This document shows, piece by piece, positions 36,581 through 47,602 of a stretch of 64,000 nucleotides of DNA. The translations under genes and the position numbers were made by a program. The notes under the pieces are model-generated. The model ran no database searches, was not told the DNA's origin, and saw only the letters and a program-made list of their open reading frames with translations. Origin of the DNA: Cyanobacteriota bacterium (GTDB lineage Bacteria; Cyanobacteriota; Vampirovibrionia; Vampirovibrionales; Vampirovibrionaceae). Location of the stretch: NCBI GenBank assembly GCA_019751815.1, contig JAIEMW010000004.1, positions 41,933 to 105,932 on the forward strand, in the 5' to 3' direction. Every line of letters starts with the position of its first letter. Position 1 is the first letter of the stretch.

Positions 36581-38086
36581 TTAAGGTTTCCTTTCCTCTA
36601 AAAAACTGTCTATCACTTTATTGGGATCTTGATTTTTCACGACCCCCAATACCAACACCCCAATTGCCACGAGCATCACAAGCACCGGCAACAAGTAGGA
36701 TTCAAAAGACTCCACAGGAACACTGAGAGAATCGGAGTTAAGACCCTCTGGGGGTAAAAGAATCCCAGCTAACGCGCTGGAAACATAAGACGCAGCTGTC
36801 CCGCAAAACAAGGCTCTTAGACCAAGACGAGCAAGATCTGCCTTTCGAGAAGGGGCCATCTCCCCAATCCCGCCAATCTGCATCGCAATCGAACTAAAAT
36901 TGGCAAAACCGCACAAGGCAAAGCTGGCAATGGCAATGGATTTTGGAGCAAGGGCTTTGGCTGTAATGAGTGGCGACAAGCTCGTGTAGGCGACAAACTC
37001 ATTCACCACCAACTTTGTCCCCATCAAGCCACCTACTAGAGTTGCGTCCTGGCTCGGTACGCCCAAAGCCAAGGCTACCCAGTAAAACAAGGCACCTAAT
37101 ATCCCTTTTAGCGATAGTGCTGATAAATCCAACCCTAAGGACTGAGCACTCAGGCCCATCCCCGCAAGTAATAATCCCAGTTGTGCAATCACAAAATCAA
37201 GCATGGCAATGAGAGCGATAAACCCGATCAACATAGCACATACATTCAAGCCAATTTTAAGGCCATCTGAGGCCCCATGAGCCGCTGCGTCAATGACATT
37301 AACTGTATGGGTGTCAACGGCAACTTTGACCTCGCCTCGTGTCAAAGAGGCTTCGGTTTCTGGATACACGATTTTAGAAATAACCAGGGCCCCGGGTACC
37401 GCCATAATGCTAGCAGCCATAAGGTATTCGGCAGGAATCCCCATTTGGATATAGACCGCCATCACCCCTCCCGCGATACAGGCCATACTACCCGCCATCA
37501 CGGTGAGCAATTCAGACTGAGTCAGCGTATCCACATAAGGTTTAATCAGTAACTGGGCTTCAACTTGACCAACAAATACACTGGCTGTGTTTGAAAGTGC
37601 CTCTGCCCCACTAGCACCTAACACTCGGTTGACCGCCCAGGCGATCGCTTGGACCACACGCTGCATCAGCCCAATATGATAGGCAATGGCGACCAAGGTT
37701 GCCACAAAAATAATGGTGGGCACCAGTTTAAACGCAAAAATAAAGCCTCCGGCGGGCCCAAATAAAGAGACCATCTTGGCTTTATCGCTGACCAAAGGAC
37801 CAAAGACAAAGCCCCCCCCAGCATCGGCAAAACTCAAAATCCGCTCTACAACCTGCCCCAACCAGTGAAATAACTGTTTCCCCATCGGGATTTTCAGGAT
37901 AAAAATAGCCAAAACCACCTGCAGGGCAAGGCCGCTACTGACCAAACGCCAAGAAATGGCTTTACGGTTATTGGAAATCGCATAGGCCACGGCGTATATA
38001 AGCCCAATACCCAAAAGGCCTTGTGCTTGCAGTGTTTGTGAGGGGTCTGCCCCCAGCGCTGAAGAAATAGTCGTTAGCACGATCAA
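36581..38086 (-). CDS. nupC: NupC/CNT-family concentrative nucleoside transporter
   Basis: About 12 TM segments. CNT N-terminal, gate and C-terminal regions. TTG start. The stop abuts the glpX start (1-nt gap). Confidence 0.8.
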   Translation of the reverse strand: MIVLTTISSALGADPSQTLQAQGLLGIGLIYAVAYAISNNRKAISWRLVSSGLALQVVLAIFILKIPMGKQLFHWLGQVVERILSFADAGGGFVFGPLVSDKAKMVSLFGPAGGFIFAFKLVPTIIFVATLVAIAYHIGLMQRVVQAIAWAVNRVLGASGAEALSNTASVFVGQVEAQLLIKPYVDTLTQSELLTVMAGSMACIAGGVMAVYIQMGIPAEYLMAASIMAVPGALVISKIVYPETEASLTRGEVKVAVDTHTVNVIDAAAHGASDGLKIGLNVCAMLIGFIALIAMLDFVIAQLGLLLAGMGLSAQSLGLDLSALSLKGILGALFYWVALALGVPSQDATLVGGLMGTKLVVNEFVAYTSLSPLITAKALAPKSIAIASFALCGFANFSSIAMQIGGIGEMAPSRKADLARLGLRALFCGTAASYVSSALAGILLPPEGLNSDSLSVPVESFESYLLPVLVMLVAIGVLVLGVVKNQDPNKVIDSFLEERKP

Positions 38087-38245
38087 CTCATTACAACCCT
38101 AAAAAATATCTTTTTGAACACATTATTCACTCAGTTGTCATTAGACACCAAACAGGCCGTGGCTTCAATGAGCTAAGAACTTTCCCACAGCTAGCAACGT
38201 TCGAGCAAAAGCCGCTTGATCAGACTCTAGGGTAGAATAGCCAGT

Positions 38246-39649
38246 GTGATGAGTCACCACTTCAATAAGCCCCTATCTACCCTTAACCCAGAGGAGGCCG
38301 TAGAACTCGCGTTCTTAAACGGGCTCGATATCAGTGTGCAGAAACTGGGGCTCTCTCGAATGGCCCGGCTATGTGAGCATTACGGCCATCCAGAATTAGC
38401 CTTTCCTTTTATACACGTCGCTGGGACAAACGGAAAAGGCTCTACAGTGGCAATGCTCTCTTCTATTCTTCATGCAGCTGGCTACAATACAGGTGCCACA
38501 ATCAGTCCCCATTTGATTGAGGTCCAAGAGCGGATTCAGCTGAACGGACAGCCGATTTCCCGTCCTGATTTTGCACACATTTTGCAGACCATTCGGACTG
38601 ATTGTAAAAAGTCTCTTCCCCGCGAAGATTGGCCTACCTACTTTGAATGCCTCATATTAATGGCCTTTCTGTATTTTAGAGAGCTTCATGAAAAGGAAAA
38701 ACTGGATATTGCCCTTATCGAAGTGGGCCTAGGCGGCCGGCTTGATGCAACAAACATCATTCCATCCCCCTTATTAACAGTCATTACCCATATTGGCTGG
38801 GATCACATGACGCATCTGGGGGACACACTGGAAAAAATTGCCACCGAAAAAGCGGGGATTATCAAAGCAGGCTCTCCTCTGGTGCTGGGTCCTCAAATTA
38901 CAGGCCAAGCGCTTGGCGCTATCCAGGATCGGGCCAGCCAAGCAAACGCATCTAAAGTCATTCAGGCCAGCAGTGAATCGCTCACTTGGCTCTCGTTAGA
39001 CACAAACGATAGCCCGCCGGTTCTCTTGAATCAGAAGACCCAACAGCAATACAAGATGCCACTCCAGGGGCTTTACCAGAAAGATAATTTGGCCACTGTT
39101 TTGGCCAGTATTGAACAACTGAACGCCCTTGGTTACGCAATTTCAGAAGAAGCCATTATCGAAGGCCTTGCTAGTGTGTCTTGGCCTGTGCGGTTTCAGT
39201 CTTTCCCGCAAAGGCGACTGTTTCTTGATGGCAGTCATAATGTAAACGGCATGGAAACACTGGCCGAAACCATTGCAACACGAATTGATTCAGCCTTACC
39301 CCTGATGCTCATTCTCTCTCTTCAGGAAAATCGAGTGATAGAGACCACACTGGCCCCCCTACTGAAGGTGCTTTCTACTTTTAACAATCCACAGAATCAA
39401 TTTTATTGTATTCAAGGACCTGAGTCTCACCGCTACCATGCGGGGGCTGCCTTACATCCCTATGTTGAGGAGAGACTATCCCCAAATTGGTCTGTTCATT
39501 CAGAGTTCCACTTATCGAATTTACTGGAGTTAGACAAAGCAGACAGTCTACTTTCTTCCTGGAACGCAAGAAATCCTGAGGGATTCTGCATCATGACAGG
39601 TTCACTCTATACAGCGGGCTTGTTTCTCAAAGCCCTCAGGGAGCTGTAG
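38246..39649 (+). CDS. folC: bifunctional folylpolyglutamate synthase / dihydrofolate synthase
   Basis: Mur-ligase P-loop HVAGTNGKGST and FolC family core. GTG-ATG start. Confidence 0.85.
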   Translation: MMSHHFNKPLSTLNPEEAVELAFLNGLDISVQKLGLSRMARLCEHYGHPELAFPFIHVAGTNGKGSTVAMLSSILHAAGYNTGATISPHLIEVQERIQLNGQPISRPDFAHILQTIRTDCKKSLPREDWPTYFECLILMAFLYFRELHEKEKLDIALIEVGLGGRLDATNIIPSPLLTVITHIGWDHMTHLGDTLEKIATEKAGIIKAGSPLVLGPQITGQALGAIQDRASQANASKVIQASSESLTWLSLDTNDSPPVLLNQKTQQQYKMPLQGLYQKDNLATVLASIEQLNALGYAISEEAIIEGLASVSWPVRFQSFPQRRLFLDGSHNVNGMETLAETIATRIDSALPLMLILSLQENRVIETTLAPLLKVLSTFNNPQNQFYCIQGPESHRYHAGAALHPYVEERLSPNWSVHSEFHLSNLLELDKADSLLSSWNARNPEGFCIMTGSLYTAGLFLKALREL

Positions 39650-39769
39650 CAAAACGTTACGTTAACAAATCGTTGTACCTCGTTGTCCTGGGGCAGAAGC
39701 CTCCCTATACTGAGGGAGACGTCTGCCCTGGAATAGAAACCCTTAAAAAAAGAGAGAGTCCTACTCGCT

Positions 39770-41116
39770 ATGAGCTCAATGCAAAAAAATCTGCTCAAAC
39801 TTCTCACCTTTGAAGTGTTTGAGCGCCTTTCCCGGTTTTATTCTCTCCTAGAGCGCTACGGAGAAGAAGTGCCTGCTGACAACCAGCCCATCGTGGCTTA
39901 TATTGGTAAGCGTCTAGATAGCCTCCGTGACCAGTTGCTGAGTGAAAAAGCGGAGTTTAGGCTGCTCTATAGCGAGAATGCCAACCCTGTTTTGCTGAAT
40001 AGCGCACAGGCTTCTGCCATGTTGGAGCGGTGTTTGTTTCAACCCTACAATACGATGAATGAACTGCTTGCCTTATTCAGTCGAGGGGTTCGTTGTGAGG
40101 TATTGCCTGAACTATTTATTGCATTGAAAGAATTCCCCAGCCCATCAGATTTTGGCCTCGTCGGGACGGGGCAAGGCCCTTTTTCGAGAAGTATCTTGCT
40201 GGCCCAAGAGTTGCCCCATACCATCGAAGCCGCTGACTGCCCCTACCCCCCTAGTGAAGAACTGATTATTGAGGCCCTGCCCGTTTTACAGCAGGCTTCC
40301 CCTCTGGGTTGGGTTTGGCTACTAAGACGTCAGCTGAGCGCCTGGGTAAACGGTAATGAGGCATTAGAAGCGTTTCGAGTCAAAAATAAATCCGTGTTTG
40401 AGGATGTGGCTTTCTTCCGTAGGCTGGTGTTTCACCTGGCTGAAGTTCGAGTATTTGGTCCTGCAGCGTATTATTTTGGTCTGACAGAGGCACTGGTGCA
40501 GAAAGACCGCGCTTATTTTGAACGCATTGAGCCGGCCATGTTCTTTGCCGTGAACCATGGTCATTTCATCGAGAAGAATTTGGTGCTCTTTCACGAGGCT
40601 TCAGAACATGCGGGTAGTATTCTAGAGAATGCCGTGGTCTTGGGCGGGATGTCTGAGCGCTTTCTCCACAAAGATCATATCCAAGAGCTACTCCTGACGC
40701 TGGAGAGATTGCTGCCAGACAAAGTAGCCTTCACTGAAAAGCAGTTTGAGCGTGCCGTTTTGCTGCAAAACAAGCTTGAGGAAGACATTTTAATCAGCAG
40801 CTCTTCGTTTTATCCTCTCACTGAGGCTGATGAACGGCTTCAATTGTTTAACGTGGCCATTGAGAACGGAACGGCCCCTGCAGATGGGGTGTATGAAGTG
40901 CTCAACATGGTAGAAGAGGCCCCCAGCCATGTGCGAGAGATTCTCAACGCGGGTTGGATTCAGAAGCTGGAGCGGCACTCCGCATGGTTATACACAGCTT
41001 TAGAAACAGAGGACGGCTTTGAGCGACTGAAAGATTCGGTCTCCCATTTGGACGGGTTGCTGCTTCGCTCTATCGAAACCGCTGAACTACACCGCATGCT
41101 CTTGTGTTCGGCTTAA
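39770..41116 (+). CDS. hypothetical protein (448 aa, alpha-helical, no recognisable motifs)
   Basis: Long ORF with uniform codon usage between folC and dcd. No family recognised by eye. Confidence 0.5.
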   Translation: MSSMQKNLLKLLTFEVFERLSRFYSLLERYGEEVPADNQPIVAYIGKRLDSLRDQLLSEKAEFRLLYSENANPVLLNSAQASAMLERCLFQPYNTMNELLALFSRGVRCEVLPELFIALKEFPSPSDFGLVGTGQGPFSRSILLAQELPHTIEAADCPYPPSEELIIEALPVLQQASPLGWVWLLRRQLSAWVNGNEALEAFRVKNKSVFEDVAFFRRLVFHLAEVRVFGPAAYYFGLTEALVQKDRAYFERIEPAMFFAVNHGHFIEKNLVLFHEASEHAGSILENAVVLGGMSERFLHKDHIQELLLTLERLLPDKVAFTEKQFERAVLLQNKLEEDILISSSSFYPLTEADERLQLFNVAIENGTAPADGVYEVLNMVEEAPSHVREILNAGWIQKLERHSAWLYTALETEDGFERLKDSVSHLDGLLLRSIETAELHRMLLCSA

Positions 41117-41141
41117 ATAGGATTTAAAAGGAAATAGGCGC

Positions 41142-41774
41142 ATGATTTTAAACGAACTTCAAATTTTGGAACGCTTGGTCCATCCCGACCCAGAAAAGCG
41201 GATAGTGATTACTCCGTTGGTGAATCCGACCGAACAGTTTGGGCCAACTTCCGTGGATTTAAGGCTAGGCACTGATTTCCAGGTGATGCGCCGCTCCAAT
41301 CTGACCCATCTTGACCCGATGAGCGCCTGTGCCGATATGGGCCGGGGCCTGCAACGGACAATGCAGCATGTGAAAATCAGGCCCACAGAGCCCTTTGTGC
41401 TCCATCCCGGTGAGTTTGCTTTGGCTTCAACCCTAGAGTTTGTGCGTATTCCCTTGGATTTGGCTGCCCGCCTAGAAGGGCGGAGCACATGGGGACGGCT
41501 TGGTCTGCAAATTCACGCCACTGCTGGGTTCGTTGATCCTGGATTTATTGGCGCCCTGACGTTTGAGCTCTCCAATGTGAGCACCATCCCGCTGGAGCTT
41601 TATCCCGGGGTGCGGATTTCACAGATCTGTTTCTTTGAAGGGGCAGCAACCGCGTTACCCTACGCCCAAAAACGGTTTACCAAATACAGCCGAAAAGCCT
41701 CTACGGCCTCTTCTCAGTTTTTCAAAGACCCTGAGTACCAGCGGATTCGCAACGCTCAACTTATTTCGAAGTAA
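41142..41774 (+). CDS. dcd: dCTP deaminase
   Basis: dUTPase-fold motifs VDLRLG, HPGEFALASTLEFV, GRSTWGRLGL and FVDPGF. Confidence 0.85.
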   Translation: MILNELQILERLVHPDPEKRIVITPLVNPTEQFGPTSVDLRLGTDFQVMRRSNLTHLDPMSACADMGRGLQRTMQHVKIRPTEPFVLHPGEFALASTLEFVRIPLDLAARLEGRSTWGRLGLQIHATAGFVDPGFIGALTFELSNVSTIPLELYPGVRISQICFFEGAATALPYAQKRFTKYSRKASTASSQFFKDPEYQRIRNAQLISK

Positions 41775-42624
41775 GCGTTCTCATCACGGACTCAATTTTG
41801 TTGAGATCCACCGTTGTTCTTGGATCTAGCCCTTCTATGGGATCTTTTTTAATGCCAGCACCCAGTAGGATGCCATCCGCTGCTTGGTAGTAGGCTTGGG
41901 CATTGTCTCTATTGAGCGCAGTGCCAACCCACATGGGGACAGGGAATTCTTGCTTCAATTGTTCAATATCACCAGGGGCGAGCTCTTGCTCACTTAAGAG
42001 GAGGGTTTTTTCCATGGGGTGCTTCAGCATCGTTTGAATTAGATGTCGAAGATACCCAAGAGGGTCTCGCCATGGGGCTTCTCGCTGCGGAGCCGGGACA
42101 ACATTGTTGATAGAGACATCCAACAGCCACATCGGGGGGGTCAACAGTTTCATTTGATGCTGCGTCTGCAGCAGTTCTTGCAGGCAACCGCCGACCATAC
42201 CCGCTTCCGTAATTCGGGTACCCACCAAAACAGGGATACGGATAAATGCGGCTTGCACATTCATCGCAATGGCCAGTGATGATTTGGGATCGTTATTGAG
42301 AACAGAGATACCCAGCGGCAGCTGCGTCAGTTGTTTCACCCGTTCTGCAGCAAGTGCCATCAGCACAGCACCGGCAGGATCCAGACGCGGCTGTGTATAA
42401 GGCTGATCGTAAAAGTTTTCAAACAAGAGGGCGCTGACGCCACCACTGGCCAGCGCGGCAGCTTCTTGCTCAGCGCGGTGGATCACCTCATCCACGTCTC
42501 CCGACCAAGCGGCAGATCCCGGTAAGGGTAACAAGTGAATCACCCCAATCACCGGTTTTTTGGCAGGTTTGACCGTTGGGTGATTTGCATCTTGAAGCGT
42601 TTGAATGGGTGTCGAAGGTGACAT
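41761..42624 (-). CDS. btpA: BtpA/SgcQ-family (TIM-barrel) protein
   Basis: VIGVIHLLPLPGS N-terminal signature of the BtpA family. Its 3' end overlaps the dcd 3' end by 14 nt (convergent). Confidence 0.7.
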   Translation of the reverse strand: MSPSTPIQTLQDANHPTVKPAKKPVIGVIHLLPLPGSAAWSGDVDEVIHRAEQEAAALASGGVSALLFENFYDQPYTQPRLDPAGAVLMALAAERVKQLTQLPLGISVLNNDPKSSLAIAMNVQAAFIRIPVLVGTRITEAGMVGGCLQELLQTQHQMKLLTPPMWLLDVSINNVVPAPQREAPWRDPLGYLRHLIQTMLKHPMEKTLLLSEQELAPGDIEQLKQEFPVPMWVGTALNRDNAQAYYQAADGILLGAGIKKDPIEGLDPRTTVDLNKIESVMRTLTSK

Positions 42625-42812
42625 TTGGATTTAAGCCTGTTTTATGAGAGTTTTACGGTTGAGGGGAACAAGTATGGTATCTTATAACCCACACGGACCC
42701 CACGCGGACATGGTATGACACGGAATTCTCTCATAAAATAAGCCCTGAAACCTGCTTTTTTGAATTTTCTCCCTTGCCAATAGAATCTACCCCAAGAGAA
42801 ACCAGCCCCCTG

Positions 42813-44204
42813 ATGAAAGAAACCTCCCTAAAAGCTTCCTTAAACCCTCTCACCACCCCGGTTATTGCCATTATCGGTCGGCCTAATGTGGGAAAGTCCA
42901 CATTGGTAAACCGAATTTTGGGAAAGCGTCAGGCCATCGTGGACGATCAACCTGGTGTCACCAGGGACCGTGCCTATTTTCCCAGTCAGTGGAACGGAAA
43001 AGACTTTATCCTCATGGACACCGGAGGCCTTGTGCCTGATGGAGACGGTGCATTTGAAAGTGAGATCAATCAACAGGTACAAATGGCACTTCAAGAAGCC
43101 CATGTGGTTGTTTTTTTGGTAGACGGAAAGTCGGGTATCACCGCTCTCGATTCTCAAATTGCCCATCAACTAAGGCAACATAAGAAAAAAGTGCTGCTGG
43201 CCGTCAATAAAGTCGACACCTTCGACGATCAGCCCTTCATCCACGAATTTCATCAACTGGGTTTGGGACAGCCTGTGCCCGTGTCTGCCTTACACGGCAG
43301 TGGTGGCGTGGGCGATCTCTTAGATGCCATGGTACTGGAAGGCTATGCTGAACTCGAAAAAGAACGTCATGAAGACGACACCCCCCTAGAATCTTCGGGG
43401 ATTATGCGTGTGGCCTTGGTGGGTCGGCCCAATGTGGGTAAATCTTCTATTTTAAACAAACTTGCAGGCAAAGAGCGTGTGATTGTCAGTGATATCCCTG
43501 GGACTACCCGTGATGCCGTCGACTGGACGGTGAACTGGGAGGGCAGGCCCTATACTTTTGTGGATACTGCCGGAATTCGCAAAAAAGGGAGAGTGGACTA
43601 CGGGGTAGAACTGTTCTCTGTAGACCGTTCTATACGTGCGGTTGAAGAATCGGATGTCACCGTGATGCTTCTCAATGCTGAAGAAGGGGTGACTGAACAA
43701 GACAAGAAGATTGTAGAAATAAGCCATAAAGCAGGCAATGCCTTGGTGTTGGTCATGAACAAATGGGACCTGGTTGAGGATAAAAATACCCATTCCGCCC
43801 AAGAGTTCAGCAAGAAGGTTTATGCTGAAATGCCCCATGCCAACTTTGCCCCGATCCTGTTCACCAGTGCCAAAACGGGGCAACGGCTCCACAAAATCTT
43901 TGAACACATTGATAAAGTGTTTGAAAACAATCACCGTCGAGTGAAAACCAGCTTGGTGAATCAGTTGATTACTGAAGCCGTCAGTTTTAACCCACCCCCA
44001 CGGATTAAAAATAAGACGTTAAACGTCCTTTACTCAACCCAGACCAGTGTGGCCCCCCCCACATTTGTGCTCTTCGTCAACAATGCTAAACTGATGAAGG
44101 ACTCCTACCGCAGATACCTCGAACATAGACTGCGGGCCAATATTGACTTTGAAGGAGCCCCGATTCGGATTCTAGCCCGAACCCGCGGGGAAAAGAAAGA
44201 CTAA
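42813..44204 (+). CDS. der: ribosome-biogenesis GTPase Der (EngA)
   Basis: Two tandem GTPase domains (GRPNVGKST twice) and a KH-like C-terminus. The ATG at 42813 is chosen over the TTG at 42774. Confidence 0.9.
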   Translation: MKETSLKASLNPLTTPVIAIIGRPNVGKSTLVNRILGKRQAIVDDQPGVTRDRAYFPSQWNGKDFILMDTGGLVPDGDGAFESEINQQVQMALQEAHVVVFLVDGKSGITALDSQIAHQLRQHKKKVLLAVNKVDTFDDQPFIHEFHQLGLGQPVPVSALHGSGGVGDLLDAMVLEGYAELEKERHEDDTPLESSGIMRVALVGRPNVGKSSILNKLAGKERVIVSDIPGTTRDAVDWTVNWEGRPYTFVDTAGIRKKGRVDYGVELFSVDRSIRAVEESDVTVMLLNAEEGVTEQDKKIVEISHKAGNALVLVMNKWDLVEDKNTHSAQEFSKKVYAEMPHANFAPILFTSAKTGQRLHKIFEHIDKVFENNHRRVKTSLVNQLITEAVSFNPPPRIKNKTLNVLYSTQTSVAPPTFVLFVNNAKLMKDSYRRYLEHRLRANIDFEGAPIRILARTRGEKKD

Positions 44205-44249
44205 AAGAAACCCGTTTCTGACTAAGCGATTCTGTCTAAGCTATAACGA

Positions 44250-44885
44250 ATGACGATGTTGACTGCCACTTCCTTCACTCTTGCCTCTTACCTACTCATC
44301 GCCTACCTGCTAGGCTCAATCCCTACAGGATATTGGGTTGCTAAAAAACTTAAAAACATTGATATCCGTGAGCACGGAAGTGGCAACACAGGTGCAACCA
44401 ATGTTGGCAGAGTGGTTGGCAAAAAAGCCGGGTTATTTGTATTGCTGATTGACTTTCTCAAGGGATTTTTACCCGTCTTGGCTCTGCGTCTATGGTTACT
44501 CCCCGTGGGGACCCCCGGATTGCCAGTACCCGCTGAGTGGATTCACACCGCTGTGGCTATTTTGACCATGCTAGGGCACAGTCGCTCTATTTTTCTAAAA
44601 TTTGCAGGTGGAAAAGCCGCCATCACTGGGTTGGGTGCTGTCATTGCACTCATGCCTTTGGCAGGGACCATTTTAGGTGCGTTGGCCTACACCATTATTA
44701 AACTCTCCAAAACTGTTTCTATTGGATCAATGACAGCCGCGATCATAGCTCCATTTTTGGCTGCATTGATGGGCTACCCTGTTGCTTATCAGACATTTTC
44801 TGCTCTCAGTGCATTACTGGTGGTTTACTTACACCGCAGTAATATTAAACGACTCCTGGCTGGGACGGAAAACCGACTATCATGA
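44250..44885 (+). CDS. plsY: glycerol-3-phosphate acyltransferase PlsY
   Basis: GSIPTGYW and HGSGNTGATNVGRV motifs. Five TM helices. Confidence 0.85.
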   Translation: MTMLTATSFTLASYLLIAYLLGSIPTGYWVAKKLKNIDIREHGSGNTGATNVGRVVGKKAGLFVLLIDFLKGFLPVLALRLWLLPVGTPGLPVPAEWIHTAVAILTMLGHSRSIFLKFAGGKAAITGLGAVIALMPLAGTILGALAYTIIKLSKTVSIGSMTAAIIAPFLAALMGYPVAYQTFSALSALLVVYLHRSNIKRLLAGTENRLS

Positions 44886-45892
44886 AAAAGCTGACGATTA
44901 TGGGTGCAGGCAGCTGGGGCTTAACCCTGGCTTGGCTGTACGGAAACGCCATGGCCTCTCGTGGGGTTGAAGTTTGCCTTTGGTCCAGATCCAAAGACAA
45001 AATAGAGACCTTAAAGCAGACCCCTCAAATCACCTTTCCTGTTTCCCTCACCCTACCGCCCACATTGCAACTGACACACAATGTGGCAGAAGCGGTTGAG
45101 AACGCAGATATCATCTATTTGGTTGTGAGCAGTAGTGGCACTCGCTCAGTACTAGAACAGATGAAAGAGACCCGACGGGTAAACCCACAAAGCATTTTAA
45201 TCAACGCCTCCAAAGGCCTGGAGCTGCCCAGTTTAAAATCGCTCAGTACGGTCATTCTGGAAGAGTTTCCAGACAATCCCATTGGGGTGTTATCCGGCCC
45301 AACCCTTGCCCCAGAAATCGTAAAAGGCCTGCCCACAGCCGCTGTGATTGCCGCCTATGATATTCATCTGGCAGAATACCTTCAGGCACACCTGAGTACA
45401 GAAACACTGAGGCTTTATTCCAACACTGATCTTGTGGGTGTCGAATGGGGAGGGACGCTCAAAAACATATTTGCCATTGTCAGCGGGTATATGCACGCCC
45501 AATCACTAGGAGACAATGCTATTTCCGCCTTAATCACCCGAGGACTTGCGGAAATGACCCGGATTAGTCTTACGATGGGAGCCAAACAAGAAACCCTCTA
45601 TGGGCTCAGCGGACTTGGAGATTTACTGGCAACGTGTAACAGTCCTTACAGCCGAAATTTTCAGGTTGGCTTTGGGCTTGCCCAAGGGAAAGACCTACAG
45701 ACTGTGCTGACTGAGTTAAACATGGTGGCAGAAGGCGTCCGTACCACACAGGCTGTCAGCCAACTATCGGACCAATTAAAACTCGATACTCCCATAGTGA
45801 AAACCGTCGAGATGTGTTTTTCCTCGGTGATCTCACCAGAGATATTGATCAAAAGCCTGATGAGCCGGAAACTTCGCTCCGAATCTTTTTAA
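44882..45892 (+). CDS. gpsA: NAD(P)H-dependent glycerol-3-phosphate dehydrogenase
   Basis: Rossmann start LTIMGAGSWGLTLA and GpsA family core. 4-nt ATGA overlap with plsY. Confidence 0.9.
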   Translation: MKKLTIMGAGSWGLTLAWLYGNAMASRGVEVCLWSRSKDKIETLKQTPQITFPVSLTLPPTLQLTHNVAEAVENADIIYLVVSSSGTRSVLEQMKETRRVNPQSILINASKGLELPSLKSLSTVILEEFPDNPIGVLSGPTLAPEIVKGLPTAAVIAAYDIHLAEYLQAHLSTETLRLYSNTDLVGVEWGGTLKNIFAIVSGYMHAQSLGDNAISALITRGLAEMTRISLTMGAKQETLYGLSGLGDLLATCNSPYSRNFQVGFGLAQGKDLQTVLTELNMVAEGVRTTQAVSQLSDQLKLDTPIVKTVEMCFSSVISPEILIKSLMSRKLRSESF

Positions 45893-45906
45893 AGAGTTTC
45901 CATACC

Positions 45907-47007
45907 TTAGGGAGCCTGGACACCCACATGTTGCAGTTGCAGGCTTAAAATCAAGGCCATCATCTCCTGTCTGTAACGACCATCTGGAGCGAGACTCACG
46001 TATTTTAGACCGCAAGACAGGGCCTCTTCATCCCGGTTCAACTTATGCAGGGCCAAGGCCATCAGATAATAGGTCGTCGGATAGGATGGATTGGTTTTTA
46101 TGGACGCTTGATAAGACGAAAGTGCCTTATCGTAGCGCTGATTTTGGAAATAAACATTGCCCAGATACAGGTGAGCCCAGCCGTTATCAGGCTCCACTTT
46201 CAGAGCCTCCTGATACACTTCAGCAGCCTGGGTCAGCTTATCCTGGGAGACATAAAGATTCCCAAGGTTCAGTCTGGCGAAATTGTAGGACCGGTCATAC
46301 TGTAGAGCTGTTTTATACGCCTTTTCTGCCGCCTTAAACTGATTACTTTTTTCGTACAACAACCCGAGGTTGTTATAGGCAAAGACAAAACGCGGGCTGA
46401 GATGAATGGACTTTTCGTAAAGGAGAATGGATTCTGTATAGCGTTCTTGTTGGTCGTAGACACTGGCCAAATTAAACAGAAACACGGGGTTATTGGGTTC
46501 TAATTCCAACGCTTTTTGATAATAGCCAGCCGCTGCATCAAAGTTTTCTTGCATCAGGGCTGCCTTACCCAGGCGAAAGTAAACCACCATCAAATCTGGA
46601 TTTAACATTTGAGCCCGCTGTAATAGCATTTCGGAGCGTTTTAACATCGATCGACGGGTAGCGTCGTCCAATTGTTCTTGTTTAGACAGCTCCAACAAGC
46701 ATAAGCCTAAGTTATACAGAGCAAAAATGTTGGTCGGGTTAGCCTCTAAGGCATGCTCCAGATAAGGTGTCGCCTTAGCAAACTCTGCCGAATCCATTGC
46801 GCGGGTTGATTGGTACAGATCCCAATACTCTGAGCTTGCAAATGAAGAACTATCCAGCTTAGAGATGGGTGCATGAACCATGGACACCCGATTAAAGGCC
46901 CAAGCATGGCTTGTCAAGACAAGACTGACGGCTAAGATGCCCATCGCTAACGACGCAGACATCCATTTTTTTGGGGACACGAGATAAAACATATAAAACG
47001 ATCTCAA
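45907..47007 (-). CDS. secreted tetratricopeptide-repeat protein
   Basis: Signal peptide, then at least 8 TPR units (AxxYxxLGxxY-type repeats throughout). Confidence 0.7.
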   Translation of the reverse strand: MRSFYMFYLVSPKKWMSASLAMGILAVSLVLTSHAWAFNRVSMVHAPISKLDSSSFASSEYWDLYQSTRAMDSAEFAKATPYLEHALEANPTNIFALYNLGLCLLELSKQEQLDDATRRSMLKRSEMLLQRAQMLNPDLMVVYFRLGKAALMQENFDAAAGYYQKALELEPNNPVFLFNLASVYDQQERYTESILLYEKSIHLSPRFVFAYNNLGLLYEKSNQFKAAEKAYKTALQYDRSYNFARLNLGNLYVSQDKLTQAAEVYQEALKVEPDNGWAHLYLGNVYFQNQRYDKALSSYQASIKTNPSYPTTYYLMALALHKLNRDEEALSCGLKYVSLAPDGRYRQEMMALILSLQLQHVGVQAP

Positions 47008-47290
47008 ACTTCTATCCAGTTTTCTGGCTGGTATTCAGGGGTGTTTTTTAGAGTTTTTCAGGCTAACCGTGTTTTATATTCTGGGGACACATGCAAATAG
47101 GCATAATTCTATACTCTTTGCATTTTACTTTATTTTATATAGTTAATCTAGTCTTTACCTAAAAAAACAGGTTACAAAAGTATATATACAGCCCTCTTAA
47201 ACCCTAGTGAGACAGTTGTTTTCAGCTAATACCTCTTGCCTAGTGGCTTTGGGTTGGCTTTTTCATCAAAATAAGTCAAGATAGAAGGCA

Positions 47291-47602
47291 ATGGATAGAG
47301 ATCTTGAATTGCAATGCCTGTTGCTTCATCACATTTTTAGATTGTCCCAGTCACTGAGACAAGGAGAATCCACGCTGGATGAGCTTCCTAGCTCAGCAGA
47401 ACTCGCCAGAACCTATAATCTAAGGGTTGAAACAGTGAAGAAGAAATTAAAGCACCTGCTTCATTTGGGTCTGATTCACGCGATCAGCGTCAGCCCCAAA
47501 CGGTATCGATTTGATCCGTTTGGATTCTCTGAACTTGATGTTGGCAGCGAGATCTACCCTATTCTTCACGATGAAACGTCTATCTATTACTTAGACATTT
47601 GA
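47291..47602 (+). CDS. small hypothetical protein, possible winged-helix DNA-binding
   Basis: 103 aa with an HTH-like segment LARTYNLRVETVKKKLKHLLHLGLI. Weak support. Confidence 0.35.
   Translation: MDRDLELQCLLLHHIFRLSQSLRQGESTLDELPSSAELARTYNLRVETVKKKLKHLLHLGLIHAISVSPKRYRFDPFGFSELDVGSEIYPILHDETSIYYLDI

Noticed and set aside
43452-43934. 160-aa antisense ORF within der
   Set aside because: Der has tandem GTPase domains intact on the plus strand. The antisense ORF has no motifs.
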